Assembly (NCBI GenBank): GCA_049840875.1
Contig: JASGJE010000011.1
Span: 695,978 to 759,977, forward strand
Reading direction: 5' to 3'
From: Chitinophagaceae bacterium
GTDB taxonomy: Bacteria; Bacteroidota; Bacteroidia; Chitinophagales; Chitinophagaceae
DNA length: 64,000 bases
In this document: piece after piece, positions 38,585 to 49,387 of the stretch
How positions within the stretch are numbered: the stretch's first letter is position 1
Layout of the letters: the number at the start of each line of letters is the position of its first letter
Program-made: the position numbers and the translations under genes
Notes under the pieces: generated by a model
Database searches by the model: none
Seen by the model: only the letters and a program-made list of their open reading frames with translations
Told to the model about the DNA's origin: nothing

Positions 38585-39238
38585 ATGATTCTTTCTTTAC
38601 GTAAAATTTTTATTGTCGCTCTTCTGTTCATCTTAGTTCATGTAAGCATAAATGCACAAACACGTTTTAATTTTTTTGCAGGCCCACAGGTTACAACAGT
38701 ATCCTATGTTGTAAAAGGAGAAAAACAGGCAACTTCATTCAAGCCGGGAGTCGTTTTGGGCGCAGGTGCTAAAATCGAATTTGAAAATCGATTGTTTTTT
38801 TCTCCATCTATTTATTATAGTTTAAAAGGATACAAAGTGGACTTTAAGCAGTCATCAATGCTTCCAAATCCTTCTGCACTCAACAACAACGTGACGGTGC
38901 ATACGCTGGAAACCGCTTTTTTGCTTCAATATGATTTCAACAAAAAGCCCTCACATCTATTTATAAAACTTGGCCCTTCTATCGATTTTCAATTGTACGG
39001 AAAAGAAAAATTCGATCTCGCTGATGAAACACATGTAGATAGAACAATGAAATATGACTACGAAAATTATGGCCGTTATGCAGCTACCGGCGTTTTTCAA
39101 TTGGGCTATGAACTGCGCAAATCCATTTTCTTCTACGGCTATTATGAGCAAGGTTTAACGAATCTTGACAATGCAGACAAAGGACCAACGATACAGTACC
39201 GTGTCGCGGGAATAACAATCGGAAAGTTTATTAAGTAA
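38585..39238 (+). CDS. PorT/OmpA-like outer-membrane beta-barrel protein
   Basis: Signal peptide; alternating amphipathic beta-strands ending in an aromatic residue; typical ~215-aa size; adjacent to sprA. Confidence 0.6.
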   Translation: MILSLRKIFIVALLFILVHVSINAQTRFNFFAGPQVTTVSYVVKGEKQATSFKPGVVLGAGAKIEFENRLFFSPSIYYSLKGYKVDFKQSSMLPNPSALNNNVTVHTLETAFLLQYDFNKKPSHLFIKLGPSIDFQLYGKEKFDLADETHVDRTMKYDYENYGRYAATGVFQLGYELRKSIFFYGYYEQGLTNLDNADKGPTIQYRVAGITIGKFIK

Positions 39239-39262
39239 TTAACTCCTTTTTTATTTTGAAGT

Positions 39263-42200
39263 TTATGGTGTAAGCGAAATTCTTATCTGCACACCTGCTC
39301 TTGTATTCGTCACCGGTGCAGTTGTTGCTATCTTTGGCTCTATCTTGTTTTGTTCGTAGTAAAGTTTAATTGTTACACGTTTATTTACGGTATAATCAAC
39401 AGACGGCGCAATACGGGTTACTTTCTGTCCGCCTGTACCGAATGCAGTACTTTGATCAAGCTTACTATTTGATGTCGCATCATCTCTTAGCGAAAAGTCG
39501 AAACGTAATGTAACATCATTATCAAGTTTAAATCCTTTTTTACCAATACGAATATTACGAAGAATGGGCACATTCTTTCTTCTCCAGTTCATTGTTAAAT
39601 CATAAGTGGTGGACTGAGATTCTGCCAACTGGTAATCGACAAGACTTAAACTCAGGTTACGGCTTTTGCTATAGGCGAAATTCGTCGTTAATTGATTGGT
39701 GAATGTCATATCCAATCCAATCAATGGTTTGAATGCTTCGCTGATCGTAATATTCGGTATCAGGAAGAATGGAACATAGTTACCTGTAGTAGTATCAATA
39801 AATTGAGGATAGCCTGCATGGAATGGATCAAGGAACAGCAACGCTGTGTTAAAGCTATTCATACTTAAAGTACTTGAATAGCCATGCCGCAATGTAAAGT
39901 TTGTAAATATCTTATCTAATCCGGGCAATCTCGATAATCCGTTATAAGATAATGTCCAGTTTGGTTTTGGCAACAATCCGGAAAATGGATTTGAACGAAG
40001 GTTCGGATTAGAGTTTTTGATCAGCGCTATGCTTCCCGGATCTTTATTACTATACGCCGATAGGAATGCTGGTATCAATACATCCTGTGCATAGCGGCCG
40101 TAACCATAATAACTTCCGTCGGCATTTTCAGGTTGCGGACCGTATGGATTTTTTGCATTCAACCTGTTTGACAAAATATTTCTGTTGTTTTCAAATTGTT
40201 TGAACGTTTGTGATACCTGGTTCGGATCAAAACTTCTGAACATTGTTTGGAATGAAATGTAGGTTATTGTGAAACTTCCCGAAGCGTACGGATTCAATCG
40301 TGTAAGCCCTGAAGTGCCTGTTGTATCTTTATAAAGCTCAGAATAATTTTTATCAAATGTTTTCATCCAGTGCAGATCGATGCTCATATCTCTCACGGGA
40401 ATTATCTGAGCGGTAATGTCAAGATTCTGGTTATAACGTTGCTGAATAAGCGAATTAAACAAAGAGTCCCTCGTTAGCAATCCTCTCGACCCAAAGCGAT
40501 TAATCCAGGAAGTATCGGGCTGATAGCCATAAATAAACCCGAATCCAGGCTCCCTGCTTTTGAAGTTCATCCCGAGTACTTTTGTGCTATCCATATATCC
40601 CGGTAAAAGCGTTCCCATATCTTCATTGTATTGGACTGTTACTCTCTTCAATGAAGTCAGGAGTTTGAGGAAAGCTTTTGGTATCGCTCCTATTTGTACG
40701 GGCTCATTCGCGTTCCTTTGTCGTCTCGATGTATCTCTCCTCGCTGAAGTATCTTTTGGTTGTCTTGAAGCGTTAGGGTTAGTAGCATATACCGATTTCA
40801 GGAACTTCCACTTATTATACAATTGCTCGAAGTTAAATTCAGCATTAAAGTTTTTGGTCAACGCATTTTCCAATGTATTTCCCTGCGATTTTGCGCCAGG
40901 CAGTAATGATGCTGCAGACCAGTCATATTTCGTTCCATACGAAACTCGAATAGTCGTCCAATCCAGCAATGGGAACTTATTAGTCGGAAGATTGTAAGTA
41001 ACTATCGCATCCTGGTGATAGTGCGTATTACGTCCGCCTTTAAAAAAATTTCTGTATAGCGTGTCCTTCTTCGCTTTGGTATCTATTCGTCCTGTAGGTT
41101 CATCGATCCTTGCGTTGTTAATTGCATTAAAATCCAGGGTAAGCGACCTTGTGAGTTCCCATCGTAATACATAATAGCGGTCAAACGTAAAATATTTATC
41201 GTAGGTCTCGGGAATCTGGAAACCGTCACCACCGACATTTCTGGGCCGTATGGCACCGAACTGCCTGAATACATCTGCCTTGAAGGAAACTATTGATGGG
41301 GCGTAGTTGAAATTAAAATCTTTAACCAGTGAAAACCATGGCGAACGCGACTTAATTAATTTCTTAAACGGCTCAACAGGTTTTACCTGCGGTGCATAGT
41401 TATAGGCTAACGCTCCTCTCGTTCTTGTCAGCTCATTACTTTCTATTAGAGGGTTATGCTGCTCTTGTTTAGTATATGAATAATTGAGATCGACATTGGA
41501 AATATCCCACGGCATTGGCTTTTTGGTACTCGTCCGTATTTTTCTTACGCCTGTAAAGTTTACTGTTTTTATCGTCGTTTCATCAATTGCATTATTCTTT
41601 ATCGAATCTCTCGCTTGTTTTGACGGCGCGTCATTTAATTTTTGCTTCAACGTAATGTCAAGATCATAAGGATCATACTCCGGCGTACTTGTTGTTTTGC
41701 TGATACCCGCATAAACAGGAATCTGAATTGCCGCTTGCTTTGGTAACAATTTACCAAGGTCGAGATTTGTAGAAATATCAAACTGCTTCAGATCGTCACG
41801 GGCACGTTCATTTACTTTTTGTTCGAGTGTACCGAAGCCTACACTTCTTGTATTAGCAGAAACAGTTACACTACCAAGATCAGCCAATGTGATATCAACC
41901 CTTCCAGTTGCAGCCCAGCCGCCTTTCTCATTTAATTTCGATAATCGCAATTCATTAAACCAAACTTCTGTGCAAAGACTTGAAATCTTCATGTTTTGAA
42001 CACCCAGCATAATACCACGCACTTCACCCAAATTGGGATTACCGATAATGGCATATGACCGGCCATCGGCAGTAGTTTCACTATAATATTGCGCTGGTTG
42101 AATTGCCAGGTTATTTCGTCTTGACTTCAATCTTGTTAATTCAACAAGGTCGAAGTCAAGATTATTTTCGGCAGGCCAAACTGATAACGAATCGGCTGTG

Positions 42201-45200
42201 CTATTCCATGGTGTTATTTTCAATGGAATCTTTATTTCATAATAGTTACCGGAAAAGTCATTACCGATGCGGATAACAGCTTTCAGATCGCCGTATTGAA
42301 TAGATGCGCCACCACCTGTTGTGGAAGCATCTTCTGCGTGAATAAACATTGACAATCTTCCATATTGGCGAAGGTCGAGGTTCATTGTTTTAAATACACC
42401 TCTTGAAGTTTGTGGCAACAGATTACATGCCTGTATGCTTAGCGCCTGCTCATTCAGGAAAAGAGAAACGTTGTTATTACTAAGCTGTTGCTGTCTCTCA
42501 ACTCCCGGTGGAATACGATAAGGAATTGGTTGACGTTGATCGTTTTCTTCAATGTTTACAGCCAAAGTATTGAATGAAGTTGGATCATTTGCAGGCAATG
42601 GCGTATAGTTGCCGGTGGTATCGATATCATAAGAATACTTGCGCCATTGGTTACGCACCAGCTCCAGTTTTCCGAAACGACATACAACTGTATCTTCAAA
42701 ACCCGTCATAAACATCCTGATGAAGCGGATCGATTTGAAGTCCGGTATGTTGCCGACTTTACTTTGAAATTGATCAACGGGAATCCGGAATAAATACCAT
42801 TTTTCCGTACGTGTTCCGTTGTTTGCAAGTTTTACATTTACCTCTCTTGAGTCAGTTATAAAGTTGGAACCAGTTGCCATTCCTGGTTTTAAATCCACAC
42901 GGTACTGGAAGTATTCTTCCAGTTCATTCATCGTATTATCCTTGTTCAGTTCTTCCTGGTCAGGATACAATGTGAAGGCGTTAGTGTATTTATCATTTGC
43001 ACCGGCAATCGGCGAGTTACCACTTGGGTTATTAATATCCTTATAGCGGGCAAGTATACCTGCTTTTGCAGCATCGTATGACGGATCACGGTACGGTTTA
43101 AAGTTATCCTGCGACGGGTCGGCCTGTGCTTTCTGAACTATCGGTGACCCACCGCCGAAATTATTTGTGAGTGTAGTAATGTAATCCGCAAATTTTGTCT
43201 TTTCATCGGCATCCGCCAATCCATCAAAACCAACATCCTGGAAAGGTCTGTCATTAGGATCGTTACTGAACGCGTTAGTTACTTGTATAGGGTTAGAAGG
43301 AACGCGACCCCATACAGTACCGTTATCAACTGGTGCGCTGATCGTTGGCGTTGGCAAGCCATTTTCAAATTCGCGTTTTCCATCCCGCAATACATCTTCT
43401 GAAATATTTCCCAGATTAAAATACAATTGCCCACCAGTGCTTGCTGGTTTGTTAATGAAGGGATCTTGCAGCCAGAATTCGATATACTCGATGTTACTGG
43501 TTTCAAAGTCTGTTGTCTGATCAAGACTACGCATGATACCACCCCATGCACGTTTTGGGTTCAGCAGGTTGCCATTCGCATTTACCAAAGTTGGATTAGT
43601 CTGATAATTATAGGGGCCTCTTTCATTTGGATAATACGCCATGTCGAAAGTCGTCAATAACCCCTGTCCGAAATCAGTCGTACGTTCCGGAAAAATTTCT
43701 TCCTGGTAAACTTGACGTGTTTCGGGTTTGGATAGTTCATCTGCATCAGTAATCGGGTTATTTGCATTTTTATTTTCCTGCAACACGGGTTCTATATTAT
43801 ACCACGCAAGTTTCGCCCTGTTATATCCGTAGCTAAGATCATTTACCAAATCAGCTTCGGGAAATAATTCATTACCATTTTGATCCAATGATTTCTGCGG
43901 CGCTGATGCCAGTGCCCAACTGATCAATGGGAAGCGTAAGTCAATACTACTTCTTGTTCCTTCGAAGTCATCTATATAAATAGCGCCGCTGGTGCCTTTT
44001 CCAATTTGAGGAGCATGACCAGGTTTTAATACCGCACCTTCGCCGTATGCAGTGATGCTCGACATTGCCTTGGTCGAATAGAAAGGCAGTTTATCCAACC
44101 ATCTTGTCAATCGGGGAACATCATTGTGATAACTGAAGTCCAATCCATACATCGTATTGCGGATCGGATCATCTCCATAACTCTGTTTGTTGAAGAATGG
44201 CCGTTCACCAAGGCGCACGATTGTACCACCAACGCTAAGATTTTTATTGGCAAGATAATCCAATCGCAGAGCCATATAGTTTTTCTGCTGTAAACCATAG
44301 GATGCGTTGTTTTCAAATTGTACTGATACCGGAATGCCTGAATTAATAACTGCCTGGTTGATGATATGAAGCGTTCCTAAATCATAATTGATTTCGTAAT
44401 CGATATTCTCTTTTAAAACCTGTCCGTTTGCGGTAACAGTTACAGAACCTTTTGGAATATTATATCCCAGGTTGTAATCTGCATTGGTCGCTGTTTTTGA
44501 TTTACCGACTAATTCGAAGCGGTCAAGGTTGGCATATGTTTGTGCAATCGCTTTGATGGTATCATACAACGGGTAGTATAAATATTTATCCCGTAAATCC
44601 TGCGTTGGATACAGGTAATCAATATCATGACCAAAAGGCTCCAGTAAAGGAAATATGATACGGCTTTGCGAACCAATCGCTGTGAAGCCTTCGATGTAAT
44701 CGAATACTCCATCCGGCTGCGGGTCATTCTGATTGTTTAAGCGGTCTAAATTCAGTAAAGTCAATAATGGTTGCCCTTTGTATTGATCGCTGATATCTCC
44801 GAGCGGCATATATCTTTTCTGTCCAAGGCTTGGCTCATCATATACGACATCTAATTTGAAATCTTCTTTCTGCAACTGACCATAGCCTACAGAGTAAACG
44901 TTTTTCATCATTAGGTCCCATATCGGTAGATTGGTACGTTGTGATGTTGCTTTTAATAATTTCAGGAATAAAACTTTTTGAGAAGTTCCCGTAGAATCAG
45001 GTGGCACATCTTGCGAAAACTCACCCACTTTATACACACGACCATTGTACGTATATTCAAACGCGACACCCAACACTTCATCCGCCTGTAATGGTTGATT
45101 TAACGACAAAAATCCCACCTGGGGATTGAAGTAGTAATCGTTTGGACCCAACTTCCTTGCGTATGTCTTTTCAAAATCCTGTACGGGTTGCAATCCCAGG

Positions 45201-46465
45201 TTTTGCAGTGAGGTTTGAACAAGTGTTGAGTTTCGGTTATTGGGATTGGATAATATCGTTGAATAAAGACTATTGGAACTGTTTTGTGGGCGTGGATCAC
45301 CATTCCCTACCCATGGTCCGAAAGGTGTCGTTTCTCCAAGGTCCATTAATGCAACAACATCTCTCACGTTTGTATCGATACCCATCCTGTTTGTTACCCA
45401 CACTTCCATTCTCCTGATCTGAATAGCCGAATTCACAACCGGCAGGTTCTTCATCGCATTATTATAGTTATTGCGGAAATATTGCGATAATAAAAAGTGC
45501 CGGTTCTCTTCATATTCATCTGCACGGATCTTGAAAGATTGTGTTGCACCGCCACCCTGTATACCGAGTGTTTGTCGTTGTGAACGTTGGTTAGCAATCA
45601 ACGCAGTAACGAATAATTTACCGAATTGCAATTGCGTCTTTACACCAAATAGGGATTGCGCCCCGGGGATCAATGTTCCTTTTGAATTAAAACTCACATT
45701 ACCGGCCTGGAATTCTTTCAGTATTTCATCATCACGACCATGATAATCGAGTTTTAATTGATTTTCATAATCAAAAGTTGCAAGCGTATTATAGTTGATC
45801 GGGAGTTTTATTTTATCACCAATACTTGCATCTACCTGCAATTGCGAATTCATTTGATAATCGAGTCCGCCATTTTTTCTGGCACGCTCAGGTAACGTTG
45901 GATTTTTTACATTTTGTCCCTGGTAGCCGGCCATGATGTCGACATATCCTGTAGGCTTGATATCAATTTTTCCAACACCAGTAATACGATTCACCCAGTC
46001 TTTTACAAAATTGAATGGCGGTTTATAGGTACGGCGATTGAGGTCGCTCAATAAATCGGCCCGTTGACGGAAATAATCGTTTTCATCTTTTTTACCCTGC
46101 ATGTCCAAAAATTCCTGCATGGTAAACGTTGCCGGTACACGGTAATACTGCGTTCCTATTTTTTCAATGATGTAGTATTGTTTTGTTATCGGATCGTAAA
46201 CAATATTTTTCTTAACGAAAGAAGTATCTTTTAAGTCCAGGTTATTACGACTGGGGTAAGTGTATTTATCTCCGCGTCGATCGCTGATAGGATATCTAAG
46301 TGTATCTGGAGGGGCGGGAGTTGTATCGCTTTTTTGAAAAAATCCAACGTACTTATAATCCGTTTCACCCCAAAAGCGGGCGTTTGCCTCTTGGGGAAGA
46401 GCAAAGGCAAACATGAAGGCAATAATAGCCCCTGTACGGAATATGTACGCAGTAAATTTTGTCAA
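39263..46465 (-). CDS. sprA: T9SS outer-membrane translocon / gliding-motility protein SprA (Sov)
   Basis: 2400-aa single ORF, signal peptide, very large beta-barrel-like composition; the size and ruvA adjacency are characteristic of sprA. Confidence 0.85.
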   Translation of the reverse strand: MTKFTAYIFRTGAIIAFMFAFALPQEANARFWGETDYKYVGFFQKSDTTPAPPDTLRYPISDRRGDKYTYPSRNNLDLKDTSFVKKNIVYDPITKQYYIIEKIGTQYYRVPATFTMQEFLDMQGKKDENDYFRQRADLLSDLNRRTYKPPFNFVKDWVNRITGVGKIDIKPTGYVDIMAGYQGQNVKNPTLPERARKNGGLDYQMNSQLQVDASIGDKIKLPINYNTLATFDYENQLKLDYHGRDDEILKEFQAGNVSFNSKGTLIPGAQSLFGVKTQLQFGKLFVTALIANQRSQRQTLGIQGGGATQSFKIRADEYEENRHFLLSQYFRNNYNNAMKNLPVVNSAIQIRRMEVWVTNRMGIDTNVRDVVALMDLGETTPFGPWVGNGDPRPQNSSNSLYSTILSNPNNRNSTLVQTSLQNLGLQPVQDFEKTYARKLGPNDYYFNPQVGFLSLNQPLQADEVLGVAFEYTYNGRVYKVGEFSQDVPPDSTGTSQKVLFLKLLKATSQRTNLPIWDLMMKNVYSVGYGQLQKEDFKLDVVYDEPSLGQKRYMPLGDISDQYKGQPLLTLLNLDRLNNQNDPQPDGVFDYIEGFTAIGSQSRIIFPLLEPFGHDIDYLYPTQDLRDKYLYYPLYDTIKAIAQTYANLDRFELVGKSKTATNADYNLGYNIPKGSVTVTANGQVLKENIDYEINYDLGTLHIINQAVINSGIPVSVQFENNASYGLQQKNYMALRLDYLANKNLSVGGTIVRLGERPFFNKQSYGDDPIRNTMYGLDFSYHNDVPRLTRWLDKLPFYSTKAMSSITAYGEGAVLKPGHAPQIGKGTSGAIYIDDFEGTRSSIDLRFPLISWALASAPQKSLDQNGNELFPEADLVNDLSYGYNRAKLAWYNIEPVLQENKNANNPITDADELSKPETRQVYQEEIFPERTTDFGQGLLTTFDMAYYPNERGPYNYQTNPTLVNANGNLLNPKRAWGGIMRSLDQTTDFETSNIEYIEFWLQDPFINKPASTGGQLYFNLGNISEDVLRDGKREFENGLPTPTISAPVDNGTVWGRVPSNPIQVTNAFSNDPNDRPFQDVGFDGLADADEKTKFADYITTLTNNFGGGSPIVQKAQADPSQDNFKPYRDPSYDAAKAGILARYKDINNPSGNSPIAGANDKYTNAFTLYPDQEELNKDNTMNELEEYFQYRVDLKPGMATGSNFITDSREVNVKLANNGTRTEKWYLFRIPVDQFQSKVGNIPDFKSIRFIRMFMTGFEDTVVCRFGKLELVRNQWRKYSYDIDTTGNYTPLPANDPTSFNTLAVNIEENDQRQPIPYRIPPGVERQQQLSNNNVSLFLNEQALSIQACNLLPQTSRGVFKTMNLDLRQYGRLSMFIHAEDASTTGGGASIQYGDLKAVIRIGNDFSGNYYEIKIPLKITPWNSTADSLSVWPAENNLDFDLVELTRLKSRRNNLAIQPAQYYSETTADGRSYAIIGNPNLGEVRGIMLGVQNMKISSLCTEVWFNELRLSKLNEKGGWAATGRVDITLADLGSVTVSANTRSVGFGTLEQKVNERARDDLKQFDISTNLDLGKLLPKQAAIQIPVYAGISKTTSTPEYDPYDLDITLKQKLNDAPSKQARDSIKNNAIDETTIKTVNFTGVRKIRTSTKKPMPWDISNVDLNYSYTKQEQHNPLIESNELTRTRGALAYNYAPQVKPVEPFKKLIKSRSPWFSLVKDFNFNYAPSIVSFKADVFRQFGAIRPRNVGGDGFQIPETYDKYFTFDRYYVLRWELTRSLTLDFNAINNARIDEPTGRIDTKAKKDTLYRNFFKGGRNTHYHQDAIVTYNLPTNKFPLLDWTTIRVSYGTKYDWSAASLLPGAKSQGNTLENALTKNFNAEFNFEQLYNKWKFLKSVYATNPNASRQPKDTSARRDTSRRQRNANEPVQIGAIPKAFLKLLTSLKRVTVQYNEDMGTLLPGYMDSTKVLGMNFKSREPGFGFIYGYQPDTSWINRFGSRGLLTRDSLFNSLIQQRYNQNLDITAQIIPVRDMSIDLHWMKTFDKNYSELYKDTTGTSGLTRLNPYASGSFTITYISFQTMFRSFDPNQVSQTFKQFENNRNILSNRLNAKNPYGPQPENADGSYYGYGRYAQDVLIPAFLSAYSNKDPGSIALIKNSNPNLRSNPFSGLLPKPNWTLSYNGLSRLPGLDKIFTNFTLRHGYSSTLSMNSFNTALLFLDPFHAGYPQFIDTTTGNYVPFFLIPNITISEAFKPLIGLDMTFTNQLTTNFAYSKSRNLSLSLVDYQLAESQSTTYDLTMNWRRKNVPILRNIRIGKKGFKLDNDVTLRFDFSLRDDATSNSKLDQSTAFGTGGQKVTRIAPSVDYTVNKRVTIKLYYEQNKIEPKIATTAPVTNTRAGVQIRISLTP

Positions 46466-46504
46466 AACTTTCCCAGAGAATTAGTTCAATAAAGTCGGTT
46501 TGGA

Positions 46505-47086
46505 TTAAACAGAACGCAGGGCGATTTTGATCAGATCTTCAACTGAAGCGCCAGGCGTAGAAACCATAGCCTTTTGAATGGCCTGTTCCGCAGCCTGCCG
46601 GTTGATCCCTAATGCCAGCAATGCATTTAACGCATCTGCATGCAAAGTATTGTGTTTCACCGGGGAAATAGTTGATTCCGGAGTATGTTTGGCGAGCTTG
46701 TCGCGGAGCTCGATAACGAGGCGTTCAGCCGTCTTTTTTCCGATCCCTTTTACAGCTTCTAATGTGCGGGAGTCGCCGTTTAAAATAGCTTTGGCTACAT
46801 CGTCAGGTTTCATATACGAAAGCATCATTCTCGCCGTGGAAGCGCCGATGCCGGAAACGCTGATGAGGTGCAGAAACATTTCTTTTTCCGCCTTATCAAA
46901 AAAACCATAGAGAATATGTGCATCCTCGCGGATCAGCAAAGAGGTATGTAAAATGCCGTTATCCAGCGACTGGATCTTCGAGTATGTATTGAGACTGATC
47001 TGTACTTCATATCCTACTCCTTGTACATCGACATGAACAACTGCGGGTGTTTTATATACAAAGTTACCTTTGAGATATGCAATCAT
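46505..47086 (-). CDS. ruvA: Holliday junction branch-migration complex subunit RuvA
   Basis: MIAYLKGNFVYKTPAVVHVDVQGVGYEVQISLNTY N-terminal OB fold, HhH motifs (GIGKKTAERLVIEL) and the domain III tail. Confidence 0.9.
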   Translation of the reverse strand: MIAYLKGNFVYKTPAVVHVDVQGVGYEVQISLNTYSKIQSLDNGILHTSLLIREDAHILYGFFDKAEKEMFLHLISVSGIGASTARMMLSYMKPDDVAKAILNGDSRTLEAVKGIGKKTAERLVIELRDKLAKHTPESTISPVKHNTLHADALNALLALGINRQAAEQAIQKAMVSTPGASVEDLIKIALRSV

Positions 47087-47199
47087 GAACGCGAAAGTAC
47101 GGGGTTATAAGTTGTAAGTTTTAGGTTTTCAATTTTCCGAGCCTTCTCCGATAAAGGCAATATCATAAGCGCTATTGATAATTAAGATCGTTGAGATTA

Positions 47200-47960
47200 T
47201 TTGGCTAAAGCCGTTTCCCACAGAATACAGCTATCCACAGGTTAAAACCTGTGGCAATGATTTTATTGCTACAATCTTTGGACTGAGCATATCATTAAAT
47301 GGAATTTTCTGACCCTGGCCAAATTAGCATGATTAGCCTCTTACAATGCATTTGGCTAAAGCCATTTCCTACAGAATACAGCTATCCACAGGTTAAAACC
47401 TGTGGCAATAATTTTATTGCTACAATCTTTGGACTAAGCATATCATTAAATGGAATTTTCTGACCCTGGCCAAATTAGCATGATTAGCCTCTTACAATGC
47501 ATTTGGCTAAAGCCATTTCCTACAGAATACAGCTATCCACATGTTAAAACCTGTGGCAATAATTTTATTGCCGCAATCTTTAGATTGGGGACGCGATCGC
47601 AGACAGTGTCTTGGCTTTAGCCCAATAACTTTACCCAAGGCTAATTATCAGTTTGATTAAAGCCATCTCCAATAGCTCACATTATCTACACTAAATTCTA
47701 TGACAATGATTTTACTGTCCCAATGTTTAGATTGGAGATACAAACACAGGGAATGCTCCAGCTTCAGCCCAATAATTTTCTGCAGCGTTAATAATCCGTT
47801 TGGTTAAAGCCATCTCCTACAGCTCACATTATCTACAACAAAAAGCTGTGACAATGATTTTATTGCCCCAATCTTTAGATTGGGGGTTACTGGGTCGCAG
47901 AACCTTCCGGCTTTAGCCAAACAAAACCTCTTTAAAGATTGATTTTGGCTAAAGCCAATT
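47200..47960. repeat. Tandem array of REP/MITE-like units: three near-identical ~151-bp units (each starting TTTGGCTAAAGCC at 47200, 47351 and 47502), two degenerate units and a terminal partial unit; closing TIRs GGCTTTAGCC at 47613 and 47909
   Basis: Read directly. Each unit carries the hairpin CCACAGGTTAAAACCTGTGGCAAT. There are no unique spacers. Confidence 0.85.
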
Positions 47961-48148
47961 CTTAAAGTGCAATTTTTATCCCCATGCTGAAGCGGTCTCA
48001 ACATACTATAAGGGACAAGAGAGGGAAGTAAGTAGAAATAAATCGAAACAATCTCTATATAACTTATTAGTTTGGAATTAATTAAAGAAATTATAAGACT
48101 TCTTAAACTTATTCACTATTCGCCAGAATCTTGGCAAAGGGCAAATTA

Positions 48149-48721
48149 TTATTTACTTGTATCATTAGGGCTGTTATTGGGATTGTCTATTTTGGAAGGA
48201 GTAGCTTTATCTGTATTATTATTTTGGCGGCAAGCTTGTATACATTGAGGGATTCCGATTAGAAATATTCCTAAAGTCAATAGCACATAAACCGCAATTA
48301 ATATCATTGAATATTTAGAATAACGAGCCGAATCTTCTGCCGCTTTTGCCGCTTTTTCTGTTGCGTCAACCGTACGTTGGCCATAGGTTATTTGTTGTAC
48401 AACTGCATTATCTGTTATTTTCAAAAATTCATAGTATTCTTTGACACCGCCTTTCTCTTTAGCTTTTTTGGCTAAATCGGTTAATACATACCATTGTGTA
48501 GATGAGTTTGGGTGTTTTATAAAACCACGCTCTTCGGCTTCTTTTATTACAAAAAAATACCGGTTAGCTACCAGATTTGCTTTTTCTATTTCAGTTAATC
48601 CTTGTACACTAAGTTCGGGGTAATAATTCTGCATTATTACATAAGCATCTTTTGTAGCGGCATCCGGAATATTTTTAATTAGATAGTCGATTGCTGCTAA
48701 TATCTGTGCTTCTTCAGGCAT
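48149..48721 (-). CDS. Hypothetical 190-aa protein: N-terminal soluble domain plus a single C-terminal TM helix; start translationally coupled to an upstream 46-aa ORF
   Basis: ORF with a TM segment MILIAVYVLLTLGIFLIGI. ATGCCTGA start/stop overlap with the small upstream ORF (~48727-48857, MAKAKKKATPKPKQLPNDEPVKLNMSFEEAIKRAV...). Confidence 0.5.
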   Translation of the reverse strand: MPEEAQILAAIDYLIKNIPDAATKDAYVIMQNYYPELSVQGLTEIEKANLVANRYFFVIKEAEERGFIKHPNSSTQWYVLTDLAKKAKEKGGVKEYYEFLKITDNAVVQQITYGQRTVDATEKAAKAAEDSARYSKYSMILIAVYVLLTLGIFLIGIPQCIQACRQNNNTDKATPSKIDNPNNSPNDTSK

Positions 48722-48849
48722 TATATTTTTTCTTATTCTTAATGGGAGTATTTACCGCTCTTTTAATAGCTTCTTCAAAACTCATATTGAGTTTTACGGG
48801 TTCATCATTGGGGAGTTGTTTAGGCTTTGGGGTTGCCTTCTTTTTAGCT

Positions 48850-49125
48850 TTAGCCATTATTCTTTTTCTTATCTGCTTTCTTTTTTATAATTGGTAATTC
48901 TTCAGCAGGTTCTAAGTCTTTGGTGGATGGCAAATCTTCTAAACATAGCTTTTTGTAACAACTATATATTTCTTCGTAATCTATTCTATCTGATTTATCC
49001 AAATACATATACTTATGAGCAGGGCCATTTCTTATTAGAATTATATCCTTATCTCTTAAAGGTTGAATTGTGCAAGTGTATTTCTCCTTCAATAGATTTA
49101 TGAAAGAAGAACGCTTATATATCAT
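48850..49125 (-). CDS. hicA: HicA-like (YcfA/COG1724) mRNA-interferase toxin candidate with a Lys-rich C-terminal tail
   Basis: FINLLKEKY...IRNGPAHKYMYL resembles the HicA NGSNHLKL core. Tightly linked to a HicB-like gene. Confidence 0.45.
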   Translation of the reverse strand: MIYKRSSFINLLKEKYTCTIQPLRDKDIILIRNGPAHKYMYLDKSDRIDYEEIYSCYKKLCLEDLPSTKDLEPAEELPIIKKKADKKKNNG

Positions 49126-49128
49126 TCA

Positions 49129-49383
49129 TCAAAACTTTTCAACAAACTTTTTAGTCTTCACATTCGGGGGTAAATCATTATCCTCTTTTTCGTTGCCATT
49201 TTGTTCTTCAAATTCCATCACACTTTTATACATTTTCTTTAAATTCTTTTTTGCATCTTTTTCATTTTCTCCACTTGCCATAATATCTGTGCGGTGGTCA
49301 TAATAAGCTAAATATCTACCTGATTCACATTTCACTAAAATTCCGGGGTAAGAGTGTTTTTTTGTATGTTGGGATTTAGCCAT
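49129..49383 (-). CDS. hicB: HicB-like (UPF0150) antitoxin candidate
   Basis: YPGILVKCESGRYLAYYDHRTDIMASGENEKDAKKNLKKMYKSVMEF resembles the HicB N-terminal fold (YPvvfe.dedGgYva.fPDlPGc.tqGdTleEAl.na.eal). The ORF track start at 49413 would lie inside the IS terminal repeat; the internal ATG at 49383 is the likely start. Confidence 0.45.
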   Translation of the reverse strand: MAKSQHTKKHSYPGILVKCESGRYLAYYDHRTDIMASGENEKDAKKNLKKMYKSVMEFEEQNGNEKEDNDLPPNVKTKKFVEKF

Positions 49384-49387
49384 CTTG

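Noticed and set aside
47200-47960. Possible CRISPR array, because of regular ~150-bp periodicity
   Set aside because: The units are ~151 bp long palindromic elements abutting each other with no unique spacers. There are no cas genes in the window. The units belong to the dispersed TTTGGCTAAAGCC REP-like family.
47804-48004. 66-aa ORF on the minus strand
   Set aside because: It lies entirely inside the tandem repeat array and is repeat-derived; not a credible gene.
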